DNA of 37,115 nt from a virus. The position numbers and the translations under genes were made by a program. Positions within the stretch are counted from its first letter, which is position 1. Each line of letters begins with the position of its first letter. This document shows positions 17,143 to 24,449 of this stretch, one piece after another. The notes beneath the pieces were generated by a model. It searched no databases, had not been told where the DNA came from, and saw only the letters and a program-made list of their open reading frames with translations. The stretch covers positions 1 through 37,115 of the IMG/VR virus record IMGVR_UViG_3300019487_000014. The stretch is one strand, 5' to 3'.

Positions 17143-17445
17143 TTACTTCGGGTCGAACTCAACGTGCATATGATCATCCTCGAGCACGACGTCGAATTGG
17201 CCGGCGAGAATCTCCCGGAGCTTGTCGAACACGAACTTCACCGAGCCCGGCTTCAAATCGCGAATCCGCCAATCTTGGGCTAAGCCCTTCGGATGGAGGG
17301 AGTTCGGCGAGTGAACGCCGTCGTCGCCGCTCGTTATCGTGAGATCCGAGCCATAGTCGCCGAACACCCGTTCACCGACGATTAGCGCAATCGTCATCTG
17401 AGGTTGCATTTTCCTGAGTGAAACACCCGGCTTTATTCTAATCAT
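17143..17445 (-). CDS. LAS-superfamily zinc peptidase (peptidase M15-like), probable endolysin
   Basis: 100 aa. LTITSGDDGVHSPNSLHPKGLAQDW supplies SG...S-x-H-x-x-G-x-A-x-D, and DDHMHVEF supplies H-x-H; together these are the zinc ligand pattern of M15/VanY-type peptidases. GGAGGG RBS. Confidence 0.7.
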   Translation of the reverse strand: MIRIKPGVSLRKMQPQMTIALIVGERVFGDYGSDLTITSGDDGVHSPNSLHPKGLAQDWRIRDLKPGSVKFVFDKLREILAGQFDVVLEDDHMHVEFDPK

Positions 17446-17469
17446 AGCAATCCCTCCGGTTATTAATTT

Positions 17470-17484
17470 GTGTAATGATTACAC
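17470..17484. promoter_or_regulatory. Perfect 15-bp palindrome GTGTAATgATTACAC (operator-like)
   Basis: Read directly. It lies 25 nt upstream of the endolysin start, next to a TTAATA hexamer on the minus strand (17461-17466). Confidence 0.6.
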
Positions 17485-17520
17485 GGACTTAAGTGTATCA
17501 GAAAACCCAAATCTAAGCCA

Positions 17521-17563
17521 TTGCAACTTTCTTCTTGCAAAAAATGCAACTTTCTTCTTGCAA
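17521..17563. promoter_or_regulatory. Two 20-bp direct repeats (t/a)TGCAACTTTCTTCTTGCAA, 23-bp period, each with the form TTGCAA-N8-TTGCAA
   Basis: 17521-17540 and 17544-17563 are 19/20 identical. TTGCAA is itself palindromic. The last copy coincides with the -35 of the putative early promoter. Confidence 0.7.
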
Positions 17564-17585
17564 GATGCGTCGAAAGGCGTATGAT
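17558..17585 (+). promoter_or_regulatory. Candidate sigma70-type early promoter TTGCAA-N16-TATGAT
   Basis: -35 at 17558-17563 and -10 at 17580-17585. This is followed by a GGAGG RBS (17608-17612) and the ATG at 17622. Confidence 0.5.
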
Positions 17586-17621
17586 TGAACACATTGACAA
17601 GGGAAATGGAGGCCCGCACCG

Positions 17622-18044
17622 ATGAACACTTCAACAGAAAAATCAATCCTCGAAATCAACGACGAGCTCGGCGAATTACTCGCGCACTCTAAAGCCGTGC
17701 GCGATATCGACAAGCTCCGAAGTATCCGCGAGCAAGGAACAGCGACCGCCGCGCTTTGCAAATACGCGAGCGACGACGTCAAAGGTTCCGAGTTGCTGTT
17801 CGACATGCTCGACAGCGAGGAGCAAGCGAAGGTACTCGACGAGTTTGGTTTGAAGCCCGTGAGTGACCAGTACGAAAGACAAATCGACGTCGACGAGTTC
17901 GAGGGAACCGGCGAGTTTTACTTCGAGGTTGACGGCGAATATTTCCAAAGTGAGGACAAGGCCGACGCTTACGCGCGCCGCGAGCTCACCGAAAATTACT
18001 CCGCTGTTCGGATCTTCAACGCCATCCTCAAGGTGCGCGCATGA
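17622..18044 (+). CDS. Highly acidic first early protein (140 aa), unknown function
   Basis: By hand count about 32 Asp+Glu versus about 17 Lys+Arg. First gene after the early promoter, with a strong RBS. Confidence 0.7.
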   Translation: MNTSTEKSILEINDELGELLAHSKAVRDIDKLRSIREQGTATAALCKYASDDVKGSELLFDMLDSEEQAKVLDEFGLKPVSDQYERQIDVDEFEGTGEFYFEVDGEYFQSEDKADAYARRELTENYSAVRIFNAILKVRA

Positions 18045-18901
18045 ACTGCCCGAACACAGGATACGCGCCGGGGATTCACCGGAACATCGATCTTGAGGAG
18101 TATTTCGAGATCGATGCTATCTCGCAAAGCGGGCTCACTCACCTCGAGCGTTCGCCCGCTCACTATCAGGCATATCTCGCACAAGAGAAGGAAACCGAGG
18201 CGCTCACTCTCGGAAGCGCGCTTCACACGCTGGTTCTTCAGCCGGAGACGTTTGCCGCGAAGTTCTCGGTTTGTCCGAACTGCGACCGACGCACGAAAGG
18301 CGGAAAGGAGCTCTATGAGGCGCATCTCGACCAGCTCGGCGGAAGAAAGACGATCAAGGTCGATGCTTACGAATCGGCGCGGCAAATGGGAACCGCGATT
18401 CTCAATCATCCGGACGCGAAGGAGTTGATCGAGAAGGCGACGTCTTACGAGCTTACCGCGCTTTGGGAATATCGACCGTCCGGATGTGACGCGCCGGCTG
18501 TTCTTTGCAAAGGCCGAGCCGATATCGTTCGCGACCACGCAACGAACGGCGTGATGACGGATATCAAAACGACACGCGACGCTTCTCTCGCGGGATTCGT
18601 CAAGGCGATCGCGAATTACCGATACCACGGACAAGCTTCCTGGTATCAGGACGGCTTCGCTCTCAACGGCAAACACTATCCGCACTATTGCATCATCGCC
18701 GTCGAGAACGTCGTTCCTTACGCGGTGAATGTCTTCCGAATCTGTGAAGACGCGCTCGCCGAAGGCGGAAAGCGGAACATGGAGCTCGTCGACCAGTACG
18801 CGCGTTGCAAATGGTCGAACGAGTGGCCGGGATACCCTCTCGGCATCAAGGATATTTCGATTCCACAATGGGCATTTAAACAAGAGGTCGAACATGAGTA
18901 A
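18041..18901 (+). CDS. PD-(D/E)XK exonuclease, RecE/exonuclease VIII-like (DUF3799-type)
   Basis: GSALHTLVLQPE, then KGRADIV...GVMTDIKTT (D...D-x-K) and YHGQASWY. ATGA overlap with the upstream gene. Confidence 0.8.
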   Translation: MNCPNTGYAPGIHRNIDLEEYFEIDAISQSGLTHLERSPAHYQAYLAQEKETEALTLGSALHTLVLQPETFAAKFSVCPNCDRRTKGGKELYEAHLDQLGGRKTIKVDAYESARQMGTAILNHPDAKELIEKATSYELTALWEYRPSGCDAPAVLCKGRADIVRDHATNGVMTDIKTTRDASLAGFVKAIANYRYHGQASWYQDGFALNGKHYPHYCIIAVENVVPYAVNVFRICEDALAEGGKRNMELVDQYARCKWSNEWPGYPLGIKDISIPQWAFKQEVEHE

Positions 18902-19775
18902 TGAACTAGAGCACGGCGGAACTTGGCCCGCCGTCAAAGAAGGAGAACTCATCACGGTGAACGTCGGAGCGGTCGCCGTCGCTGAGCGCGAGAAGCAAGA
19001 GATCCAAAGCGCGATGATCATGTCGAAGAAGTTCCCGCGTGACGAGCTCGCCGCCGAGGTTCGCTTGCTGAAGTCGTGCGAGAACCCGGAGTTTGCGAAA
19101 GAGGCGCTCTATAAATTTCCGCGCGGCGGGAAGGACATCGACGGGCCGAGTATTGTGATGGCTCGAGAAGCGGCGCGGGTATGGGGAAACGTTCGACACG
19201 GGCTCCGAACCATCTCCGAGGACGACGAGAAGGTTCACATCATGGCGTATGCTTACGATCTCGAGTCGAACAACCGCGTCGAGATGGAAGACAAGTTCTC
19301 GAAGCTCGTTCAGCGCAAAAACAAACAAACGAACGTCACGGAGTGGACGAAGCCGGACGAACGCGATCTCCGCGAGCTCGTCAATCGGCGCGGCGCCATC
19401 CTTCAAAGGAATTGTATTCTTCAGATCATCCCGCCGCATGTCATCCGTGCGGTCGAAGTGAAGGTGAAGGAGACTCAGCGCGCCGCCGCCTCCGGCGACC
19501 TGAAGAAGAACCGCGACGAGACGGTTCGCGCGCTTGCGAAGGCGTTCGACGGAGTCGGTGTCACGACGGAGATGCTCACGCGGTATCTCGAGCATGAACT
19601 GAAGCTCATCAACGAGGAAGAACTGACGGATCTCCGGCGGATTTATAAAAGCATCTCTGACGGGAACTCGAAGCGTGAGGAGTATTTCACGTTCGGCGAA
19701 TCGAGAAGCGACGGTCCGAGCGATGCGGTTTCCGCTCTCTCGGATTCACTGAAGGATCCGAGCGGGAAGAAGTAA
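18894..19775 (+). CDS. Putative single-strand annealing protein (recombinase partner of the exonuclease)
   Basis: 293 aa. Its ATG at 18894 overlaps the exonuclease gene by 8 nt. Contains the motif YKFPRGGKDIDGPSIVMAREAARVWGN. The function is inferred mainly from synteny. Confidence 0.5.
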   Translation: MSNELEHGGTWPAVKEGELITVNVGAVAVAEREKQEIQSAMIMSKKFPRDELAAEVRLLKSCENPEFAKEALYKFPRGGKDIDGPSIVMAREAARVWGNVRHGLRTISEDDEKVHIMAYAYDLESNNRVEMEDKFSKLVQRKNKQTNVTEWTKPDERDLRELVNRRGAILQRNCILQIIPPHVIRAVEVKVKETQRAAASGDLKKNRDETVRALAKAFDGVGVTTEMLTRYLEHELKLINEEELTDLRRIYKSISDGNSKREEYFTFGESRSDGPSDAVSALSDSLKDPSGKK

Positions 19776-19779
19776 ACGA

Positions 19780-20484
19780 ATGGCCGGGAAAACGCCGATT
19801 GCTTTTTTGCACGATGCGAACGCGCGAAACGACGAACGCTCGGCCGTCCTGATTTGCAAATGTGGGTATGAAGGTTACGGGATTTATTGGGCTTTGATTG
19901 AAATGATGCGAGAATCCTCAAAACTGCGCCTCGATGCTAGGAAATTAGCCTCAATCGCGCATAGTTTAAATGCTCCTTTTGCTGTCGTTAGCGGCACAGT
20001 TGATTGCGGTTTTGAGGCTGAATTGTTTCATCAGGAAGATGAACATTTCTTCTATTCCCGCTCATTGCGGCGTAGATTGAGCAATTATCACGAGATTAGT
20101 GAGAAACGGAGAAATGCCGGGCTCGCGAGCGCCGAAGCCCGCAAGTCTAAGTATGGAACCTCGGCTCCTATTCTTTATCCCAATACTGCCAAAAATGAAC
20201 GGGTGTTCAAAGGGTGTTCGTCGGCCCGTGAACAATCGTTCAAACACCGTTCATCCGAGCCGCGAACACCGTTTGAACACCCCCAAGTAAAGTTAAGTGA
20301 AAGGGGGGGGACCGGGGGGGGCGAGTCGATAACCGTCGGCGAAGGTGCGTTATCCTTCGCAAAAGCGGCGGGACTCGGCGAGGCCGCGATGGAACAAATT
20401 CGGGCATCAATGACGAAGCCAGCGGCTCAGCCTGAAACGATAGTCGCCTCGGACGGCTCCTCGGGTAAGGTTGAAGAAAAATGA
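19780..20484 (+). CDS. Replication initiation-type protein with N-terminal DUF4373 (Lin1244/DnaD-like) domain
   Basis: FLHDANARNDERSAVLICKCGYEGYGIYWALIEMM...LFHQEDEHFFYSRSLRRR matches the DUF4373 pattern (F-x-hD-x-n-x-x-nD ... G-x-x-GyGiYw-x-lle). The linker holds DNA repeats and G8 tracts. Confidence 0.7.
   Translation: MAGKTPIAFLHDANARNDERSAVLICKCGYEGYGIYWALIEMMRESSKLRLDARKLASIAHSLNAPFAVVSGTVDCGFEAELFHQEDEHFFYSRSLRRRLSNYHEISEKRRNAGLASAEARKSKYGTSAPILYPNTAKNERVFKGCSSAREQSFKHRSSEPRTPFEHPQVKLSERGGTGGGESITVGEGALSFAKAAGLGEAAMEQIRASMTKPAAQPETIVASDGSSGKVEEK
20195..20282. promoter_or_regulatory. Iteron cluster / inverted repeat, candidate origin of replication
   Basis: GGGTGTTC at 20201 and 20212 (11-bp spacing). 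GAACACC at 20264 and 20275 (11-bp spacing). AAACACC at 20242. The 20-bp arms 20201-20220 and 20263-20282 are reverse complements at 19/20 positions. Confidence 0.55.
20303..20321 (+). repeat. Twin homopolymer tracts G8-ACC-G8
   Basis: Read directly (aaGGGGGGGGaccGGGGGGGGc). In frame it encodes RGGTGGG. It satisfies the G3-N-G3-N-G3-N-G3 quadruplex pattern. Confidence 0.9.
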
Positions 20485-20499
20485 AAACTAGGTCGGTTT

Positions 20500-20799
20500 A
20501 TGGACGTTAAAAAAAATACAGAAGATAACGACGAAATTCCTAAAAAGAATAGGACTTTTAGGATTAAATCGAGCCGAAAACTCCTTGATTCGATGGTGGA
20601 TTATTTCTTAGAACAAAACGCGGATATGACGTTCCCGGATTTGATGGAACTCGCATTACTGACGTTCTTTCAGCGCAATCCAATTATGAGGGATATGCTG
20701 AAAGTTTACTTCGCCGGCCATAGTCCGGACATGCTGTGTATCGAAAATTTCGGAAAACGAGTCTCGAAAGAGAACGGTTCGGAAAACGGACCGGGTTAG
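20500..20799 (+). CDS. Putative ribbon-helix-helix DNA-binding protein
   Basis: 99 aa. RTFRIKS (strand), SRKLLDSMVDYFLEQ (helix) and TFPDLMELALLTFFQ (helix) resemble the Arc/CopG layout. The gene is markedly AT-rich. Confidence 0.45.
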   Translation: MDVKKNTEDNDEIPKKNRTFRIKSSRKLLDSMVDYFLEQNADMTFPDLMELALLTFFQRNPIMRDMLKVYFAGHSPDMLCIENFGKRVSKENGSENGPG

Positions 20800-20822
20800 C
20801 AACGAAGAAACGAAGGTGGAAC

Positions 20823-21038
20823 ATGGAAGGTGTGCAAAAGGTTGTGCTGTTACTCGTCGCGCTTGCGGCGAGCGGGTGCGGAGCGATGATCGGTACGCCG
20901 GAGTATTGGCAGCGTTACAACGACACGATCATCCGCTCGGCGGAACTGAGGGGTTCGAGCGTTCGTCACGAAGAAATTTCGGACGACGACCGCGCGGAGC
21001 TCGAGGCTCTTTTGAATAAACGACTTGCGAGAAAGTGA
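20823..21038 (+). CDS. Small lipoprotein (71 aa)
   Basis: MEGVQKVVLLLVALAASGC: hydrophobic core plus an A-S-G-C lipobox. AAGGTGG RBS upstream of the ATG at 20823. Confidence 0.65.
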   Translation: MEGVQKVVLLLVALAASGCGAMIGTPEYWQRYNDTIIRSAELRGSSVRHEEISDDDRAELEALLNKRLARK

Positions 21039-21056
21039 AAAATGGAGGCCGGAAAA

Positions 21057-21215
21057 ATGAGTATTAAACTTTCAAGCGTTCTGATCGTGCTGTCGATGTG
21101 GGCCGGCGTCGGGTTGTATACCTTCGCTCAAATGCTCGGCTGGATCGATATCTCGATGCCGTACCGCGCGATGCAATCGCCAGAAGATCAATCCCTTGCG
21201 CCACGGAGGAAATAA
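21057..21215 (+). CDS. Small membrane protein (52 aa), absent from the supplied ORF track
   Basis: GGAGG lies 9 nt upstream of the ATG. Translated by hand: MSIKLSSVLIVLSMWAGVGLYTFAQMLGWIDISMPYRAMQSPEDQSLAPRRK, with one TM segment. Confidence 0.6.
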   Translation: MSIKLSSVLIVLSMWAGVGLYTFAQMLGWIDISMPYRAMQSPEDQSLAPRRK

Positions 21216-21217
21216 AA

Positions 21218-21364
21218 ATGGAACTACTCGCGAGCATCATTTTGTTTTTTGTGACCCTCGTCGCGGTGATGCTCGCGATTCTCGCCGGGTGTTTTGTTGC
21301 CGGCGGGATTGCGACGTTCATCGGCGAGGTCGACAAACAAAGAGGAAAACGATCATGGAAGTGA
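21218..21364 (+). CDS. Small membrane protein (48 aa)
   Basis: GGAGGA RBS, then MELLASIILFFVTLVAVMLAILAGCFVAGGIATFIGEVDKQRGKRSWK. Long hydrophobic stretch with an internal L-A-G-C. Confidence 0.55.
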   Translation: MELLASIILFFVTLVAVMLAILAGCFVAGGIATFIGEVDKQRGKRSWK

Positions 21365-21684
21365 TAACACCGGAACAGGTTCACATTTTAAGAGACGCGA
21401 TCCAGCTATGGGGAACAGCCTATCAGCTTTCGCTCGCCCAAGAGGAGTTCGCGGAGCTCATCACGAAAATCTCGCATTATCGGCGCGGTCGAATTGAAGC
21501 CGAGCGCGTCGTTGAGGAGATGGCCGACGCTCAGATCATGCTTTGGCAAATGATGGAGATCCCGGCGCTGAGTCAAGGTGTGAGAATGGCGATCGTCGAC
21601 AAGCTCACCCGGCTCGAGATTCGCATCGACAATACGATTCGGAACGAACAAAAGGAAGCAGAGGAGAAATATGAAAAGCGATAG
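21355..21684 (+). CDS. MazG-like all-alpha nucleotide pyrophosphohydrolase
   Basis: 109 aa. AQEEFAELITKI and VEEMADAQIMLWQ supply the E-E-x-x-E ... E-x-x-D metal-binding pattern. Confidence 0.55.
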   Translation: MEVITPEQVHILRDAIQLWGTAYQLSLAQEEFAELITKISHYRRGRIEAERVVEEMADAQIMLWQMMEIPALSQGVRMAIVDKLTRLEIRIDNTIRNEQKEAEEKYEKR

Positions 21685-21967
21685 AGTTGAGGTCTATAAA
21701 GTTAGGTTATTGAGCAATCGCAGCGAGTGGCGATGGAGGCGCAGAACTCGTAACGGTCGAATCGTCGGCGCGAGCTCAGAGGGATACAAGCGGCGCATCG
21801 ACGCGCTCGCGAACGCCCGACGTCAGTTCCGAAAATGCGCCGTGATCATTCTCGCGTCGCTGTTCGTCGGGTGCTCGTGCGGTAAAGCCGAAAGCGGCCC
21901 GTCGACATGCGATCGACAGCTCGACCTTTGCAAGGTCGATTTGATGGTGTGCCGAGGTGCGAAGTGA
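21671..21967 (+). CDS. DUF1508 (YegP-like) domain fused to a hydrophobic, Cys-rich tail
   Basis: EWRWRRRTRNGRIVGASSEGYKRRIDALANARR fits the YegP repeat. It is followed by VIILASLFVGCSCG and further Cys residues. Confidence 0.5.
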   Translation: MKSDRVEVYKVRLLSNRSEWRWRRRTRNGRIVGASSEGYKRRIDALANARRQFRKCAVIILASLFVGCSCGKAESGPSTCDRQLDLCKVDLMVCRGAK

Positions 21968-22311
21968 GCGAGAAAACTTTTCGCATCGTCGGCGGCGATC
22001 TCTCCGACGGGTATCACACGTTCGATGAACTTTACGAACACGGTTGTTTGCTGTTCCTCACTTGGCTCGTCGAAGAAAAAACATGCTTCAAGGGACGGCG
22101 GGCGGTCTATTACTTACCGGATCACTTCGACGGATGGGATCTCGTCGCGACGAACATCGGACAAAAGCAGATCAGCTATCACGTTCCGGCGAAATATCGC
22201 GACATCCTCGAGAAGCATTTCGTTCCGAAAAGCGACCTCGAAAGCATATGGGACGGTCACACGGCGGCGGATGTCGCTCGTCGACTCGAAGGGAGGCTCC
22301 GCGAAAAATGA
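21964..22311 (+). CDS. Conserved phage protein with WDGH motif (115 aa from GTG; alternative ATG at 21907)
   Basis: GTGA overlap with the upstream stop, and GAGGTG RBS. Motifs DGYHTFDELYEH and SIWDGHTAADVARRL. Confidence 0.5.
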   Translation: MSEKTFRIVGGDLSDGYHTFDELYEHGCLLFLTWLVEEKTCFKGRRAVYYLPDHFDGWDLVATNIGQKQISYHVPAKYRDILEKHFVPKSDLESIWDGHTAADVARRLEGRLREK

Positions 22312-22754
22312 CACGGATCGAATTTTACATCGGAAGATTAAACGAGAGGCTCGCGAGCGGAACGATGTTCGGGAATCGGTTCGGCGACGAGCTCCTCCGC
22401 GATCTGTGTACGTGGGTGCGAGACATGGCGGACAAGATCGGAACCGATCACGCCGCCATGTCTCAGGCTCGACTCGATAGCATGACGATGGTTCCCGTCC
22501 AGAACGATCCGCCGAGCTGCAAACATTGCGGATCTTGGAGTCGGCTCGCGGAGTTTAATAAGCTCAGGAGACTCAACGCCGAACTCAACGATCAGAACGT
22601 AGAACTCGCCGAAAAAATCGTCGAACTGAAGACACCGAGAATGGACTTCCGGGCGCTTTGGGCGAAGTTAAAATCGGAGTTCGATACTTATCCCACAATC
22701 ATCGCAGAAATGAACCGGATGGAGGAGCGCGAATATCGCCGCGTTTCGGAATGA
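22308..22754 (+). CDS. Hypothetical protein with coiled-coil segment (148 aa)
   Basis: ATGA overlap with the upstream gene. Contains NKLRRLNAELNDQNVELAEKIVELK. Confidence 0.55.
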   Translation: MTRIEFYIGRLNERLASGTMFGNRFGDELLRDLCTWVRDMADKIGTDHAAMSQARLDSMTMVPVQNDPPSCKHCGSWSRLAEFNKLRRLNAELNDQNVELAEKIVELKTPRMDFRALWAKLKSEFDTYPTIIAEMNRMEEREYRRVSE

Positions 22755-23320
22755 AAACGAGCCCGACTAATCCCTCTCCGCTCTCGATGAAGATCGTCGA
22801 CGACGAAAAAAAAGCGCACGAGAAGTTCAACTTCACGCCAAAAAAGAAAAACGACATAGCGAAGGGTTACGATATTTTCGCGACGGGCGTCGACGATTAC
22901 CGAGAGGAATATATAATCAAGGTTCAAGAAATTCTCGAAACGATGCGAAACGCCGAAGATCGGACGCTCGGCGAGCTCTCTGAATTTGCTGACAGCATAA
23001 GCGGGCTCGCCGATGGGGAGGATGCGAACTGGTTCTCTGAGGTGCTCGTCGATTTTATTCGCTCTTACGATGTTCTTTGCCGGCTTACGCTTTACGTCGA
23101 GGATCTGATCGACTGCGTTGAGCACAACAAGGACGCATGGCTCGATCACTTCGGTACCGAGCGCGGCGAGAACCCTTCTCAGGAGGAAATGTTTCGATAC
23201 TTCGTCAAGGAGTTCGTTAAAACCTTTTCGACGTTGATGTTATCCGCGATAGCGCCCGGCGACGCTGACGGGGATTTCTATAGGATCGCCGAGTACCACA
23301 AAAAAAGAAAACGGTGGTGA
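22751..23320 (+). CDS. Hypothetical acidic protein (189 aa)
   Basis: ATGA overlap with the upstream gene. No motif recognised. Confidence 0.55.
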   Translation: MKTSPTNPSPLSMKIVDDEKKAHEKFNFTPKKKNDIAKGYDIFATGVDDYREEYIIKVQEILETMRNAEDRTLGELSEFADSISGLADGEDANWFSEVLVDFIRSYDVLCRLTLYVEDLIDCVEHNKDAWLDHFGTERGENPSQEEMFRYFVKEFVKTFSTLMLSAIAPGDADGDFYRIAEYHKKRKRW

Positions 23321-23321
23321 T

Positions 23322-23723
23322 ATGAGAGAAAAACTTCGTCGCCTTCGATGGTGGCTCGCGCTTCGACTGATTCCGAACGGCGAAACGAAGGAGATTTTCG
23401 TCCGCCTTCGCTCCGAGCATGTCCGTCATTGGGGTTACGAACAGCTCCATCGGCTTTTAAATTTCATCCGCGACGAACATCTAAAGTATTTTCCGAAAGA
23501 GGAAGAATCGCGCTCAGATGGAAAGCTCGATCTCAAGAGCTTCGATGGTGCGATGAAATGGTTTTACGGCGTTCAGCTCACTCATTGGATTACCTTCAAA
23601 CTCGAGGAGAAGCCGGAGAGTGAACAACCGTTTTTTAAAACAAACGTGCTGTTTAAATATTTATCTCCGGCGGAGTTCGTCGGGGATCCTTGTGATCAAA
23701 TAACCTTGAAGGTGAAAGAATGA
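23322..23723 (+). CDS. Hypothetical protein (133 aa)
   Basis: The ORF starts 1 nt after the upstream stop. No motif recognised. Confidence 0.55.
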   Translation: MREKLRRLRWWLALRLIPNGETKEIFVRLRSEHVRHWGYEQLHRLLNFIRDEHLKYFPKEEESRSDGKLDLKSFDGAMKWFYGVQLTHWITFKLEEKPESEQPFFKTNVLFKYLSPAEFVGDPCDQITLKVKE

Positions 23724-23986
23724 ACGACAGAGGATCGCGCCCGTGCCGCTCGTGCGGGAAGGAAATAATTTTCATCGAACGACCGAATCGCAAATCGCTT
23801 CCGTGCGATGCCGTGCCGGAAGATCCGCTCGATGTCACCGAGGGAACCATCGTCACGACGACGGGCCGCATCATCACGAACGCCGACGCCGACAAGCTCG
23901 ACGCGATGAAGATCCGAGGCCCGGTCTATCGTCCGCATTGGGCAAGCTGTACCGATCCGGAGAAGCATCGGCGAGGTGAGCGATGA
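23720..23986 (+). CDS. Small zinc-ribbon-like protein (88 aa)
   Basis: CRSCGKEI near the N-terminus and HWASC near the C-terminus. ATGA overlap. Confidence 0.5.
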   Translation: MNDRGSRPCRSCGKEIIFIERPNRKSLPCDAVPEDPLDVTEGTIVTTTGRIITNADADKLDAMKIRGPVYRPHWASCTDPEKHRRGER

Positions 23987-24258
23987 GCGTTCCAAAGTTC
24001 CGAAAGAAGCCGGTCACGATCGCCGCCGTCGAGTGGCGCGGTGATAATCTTCATCACGTTCGCGGACTCGAAGATATCGAACCTTTCGCCGAATCAGTGA
24101 TGAGCCTGAGCCCGATCACTCGCGAATTGTTAATCGACACGCTCGAGGGAACGATGCGCGCATCGATCGGCGACTGGATAATTCGCGGCGTCAAGGGTGA
24201 ACTCTATCCGTGCAAGCCGGATATTTTCGCCGAAACTTACGAGAGGGTCGAAGAATGA
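23983..24258 (+). CDS. Conserved small phage protein (91 aa), GDWII-x-G-x-KGE-x-YPCKPDIF motif
   Basis: KKPVTIAAVEW...GDWIIRGVKGELYPCKPDIFAETYERV resembles a widespread phage family (PGDYG-like) as I recall it. ATGA overlap. Confidence 0.5.
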   Translation: MSVPKFRKKPVTIAAVEWRGDNLHHVRGLEDIEPFAESVMSLSPITRELLIDTLEGTMRASIGDWIIRGVKGELYPCKPDIFAETYERVEE

Positions 24259-24449
24259 ACAACGTCGAGAACCTGACATACCCGGCGCTCGTCTCGTGCT
24301 TGAACTGTTGCTTTAAATGGAAGGCAAGTTATCGACGCGGAACGAAAATCGCGAGCACGAAGATCGAGTGTCCGAACTGCGGGGTTCTCGACGTCGCTCA
24401 GCTCGATTATTTACAGCCGGCGACGCCACTAGGAGAAATCAAAACATGA
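24255..24449 (+). CDS. Zinc-ribbon protein (64 aa)
   Basis: CLNCC ... CPNCG (two CxxC pairs). ATGA overlap. Confidence 0.5.
   Translation: MNNVENLTYPALVSCLNCCFKWKASYRRGTKIASTKIECPNCGVLDVAQLDYLQPATPLGEIKT

Noticed and set aside
17143-17165. A GAGTTCGACCC string resembling a tRNA T-arm, and the nearby 170-nt gap as a possible tRNA gene.
   Set aside because: The string is the in-frame 3' end of the endolysin gene (VEFDPK stop). The gap lacks an acceptor stem, D-arm and anticodon-arm arrangement.
17513-17806. A 97-aa minus-strand ORF spanning the control region and antisense to the first early gene, as a possible repressor.
   Set aside because: It is Ser-rich and low-complexity with no HTH pattern and no RBS, and it overlaps the well-supported 17622 gene and its promoter.
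20099-20290. An alternative-frame 63-aa ORF ending just before the G8 tracts, as evidence for programmed frameshifting at the homopolymers.
   Set aside because: No alternative frame stays open downstream of the G tracts, so a slip would only truncate the protein. There is no sign of a two-product design.
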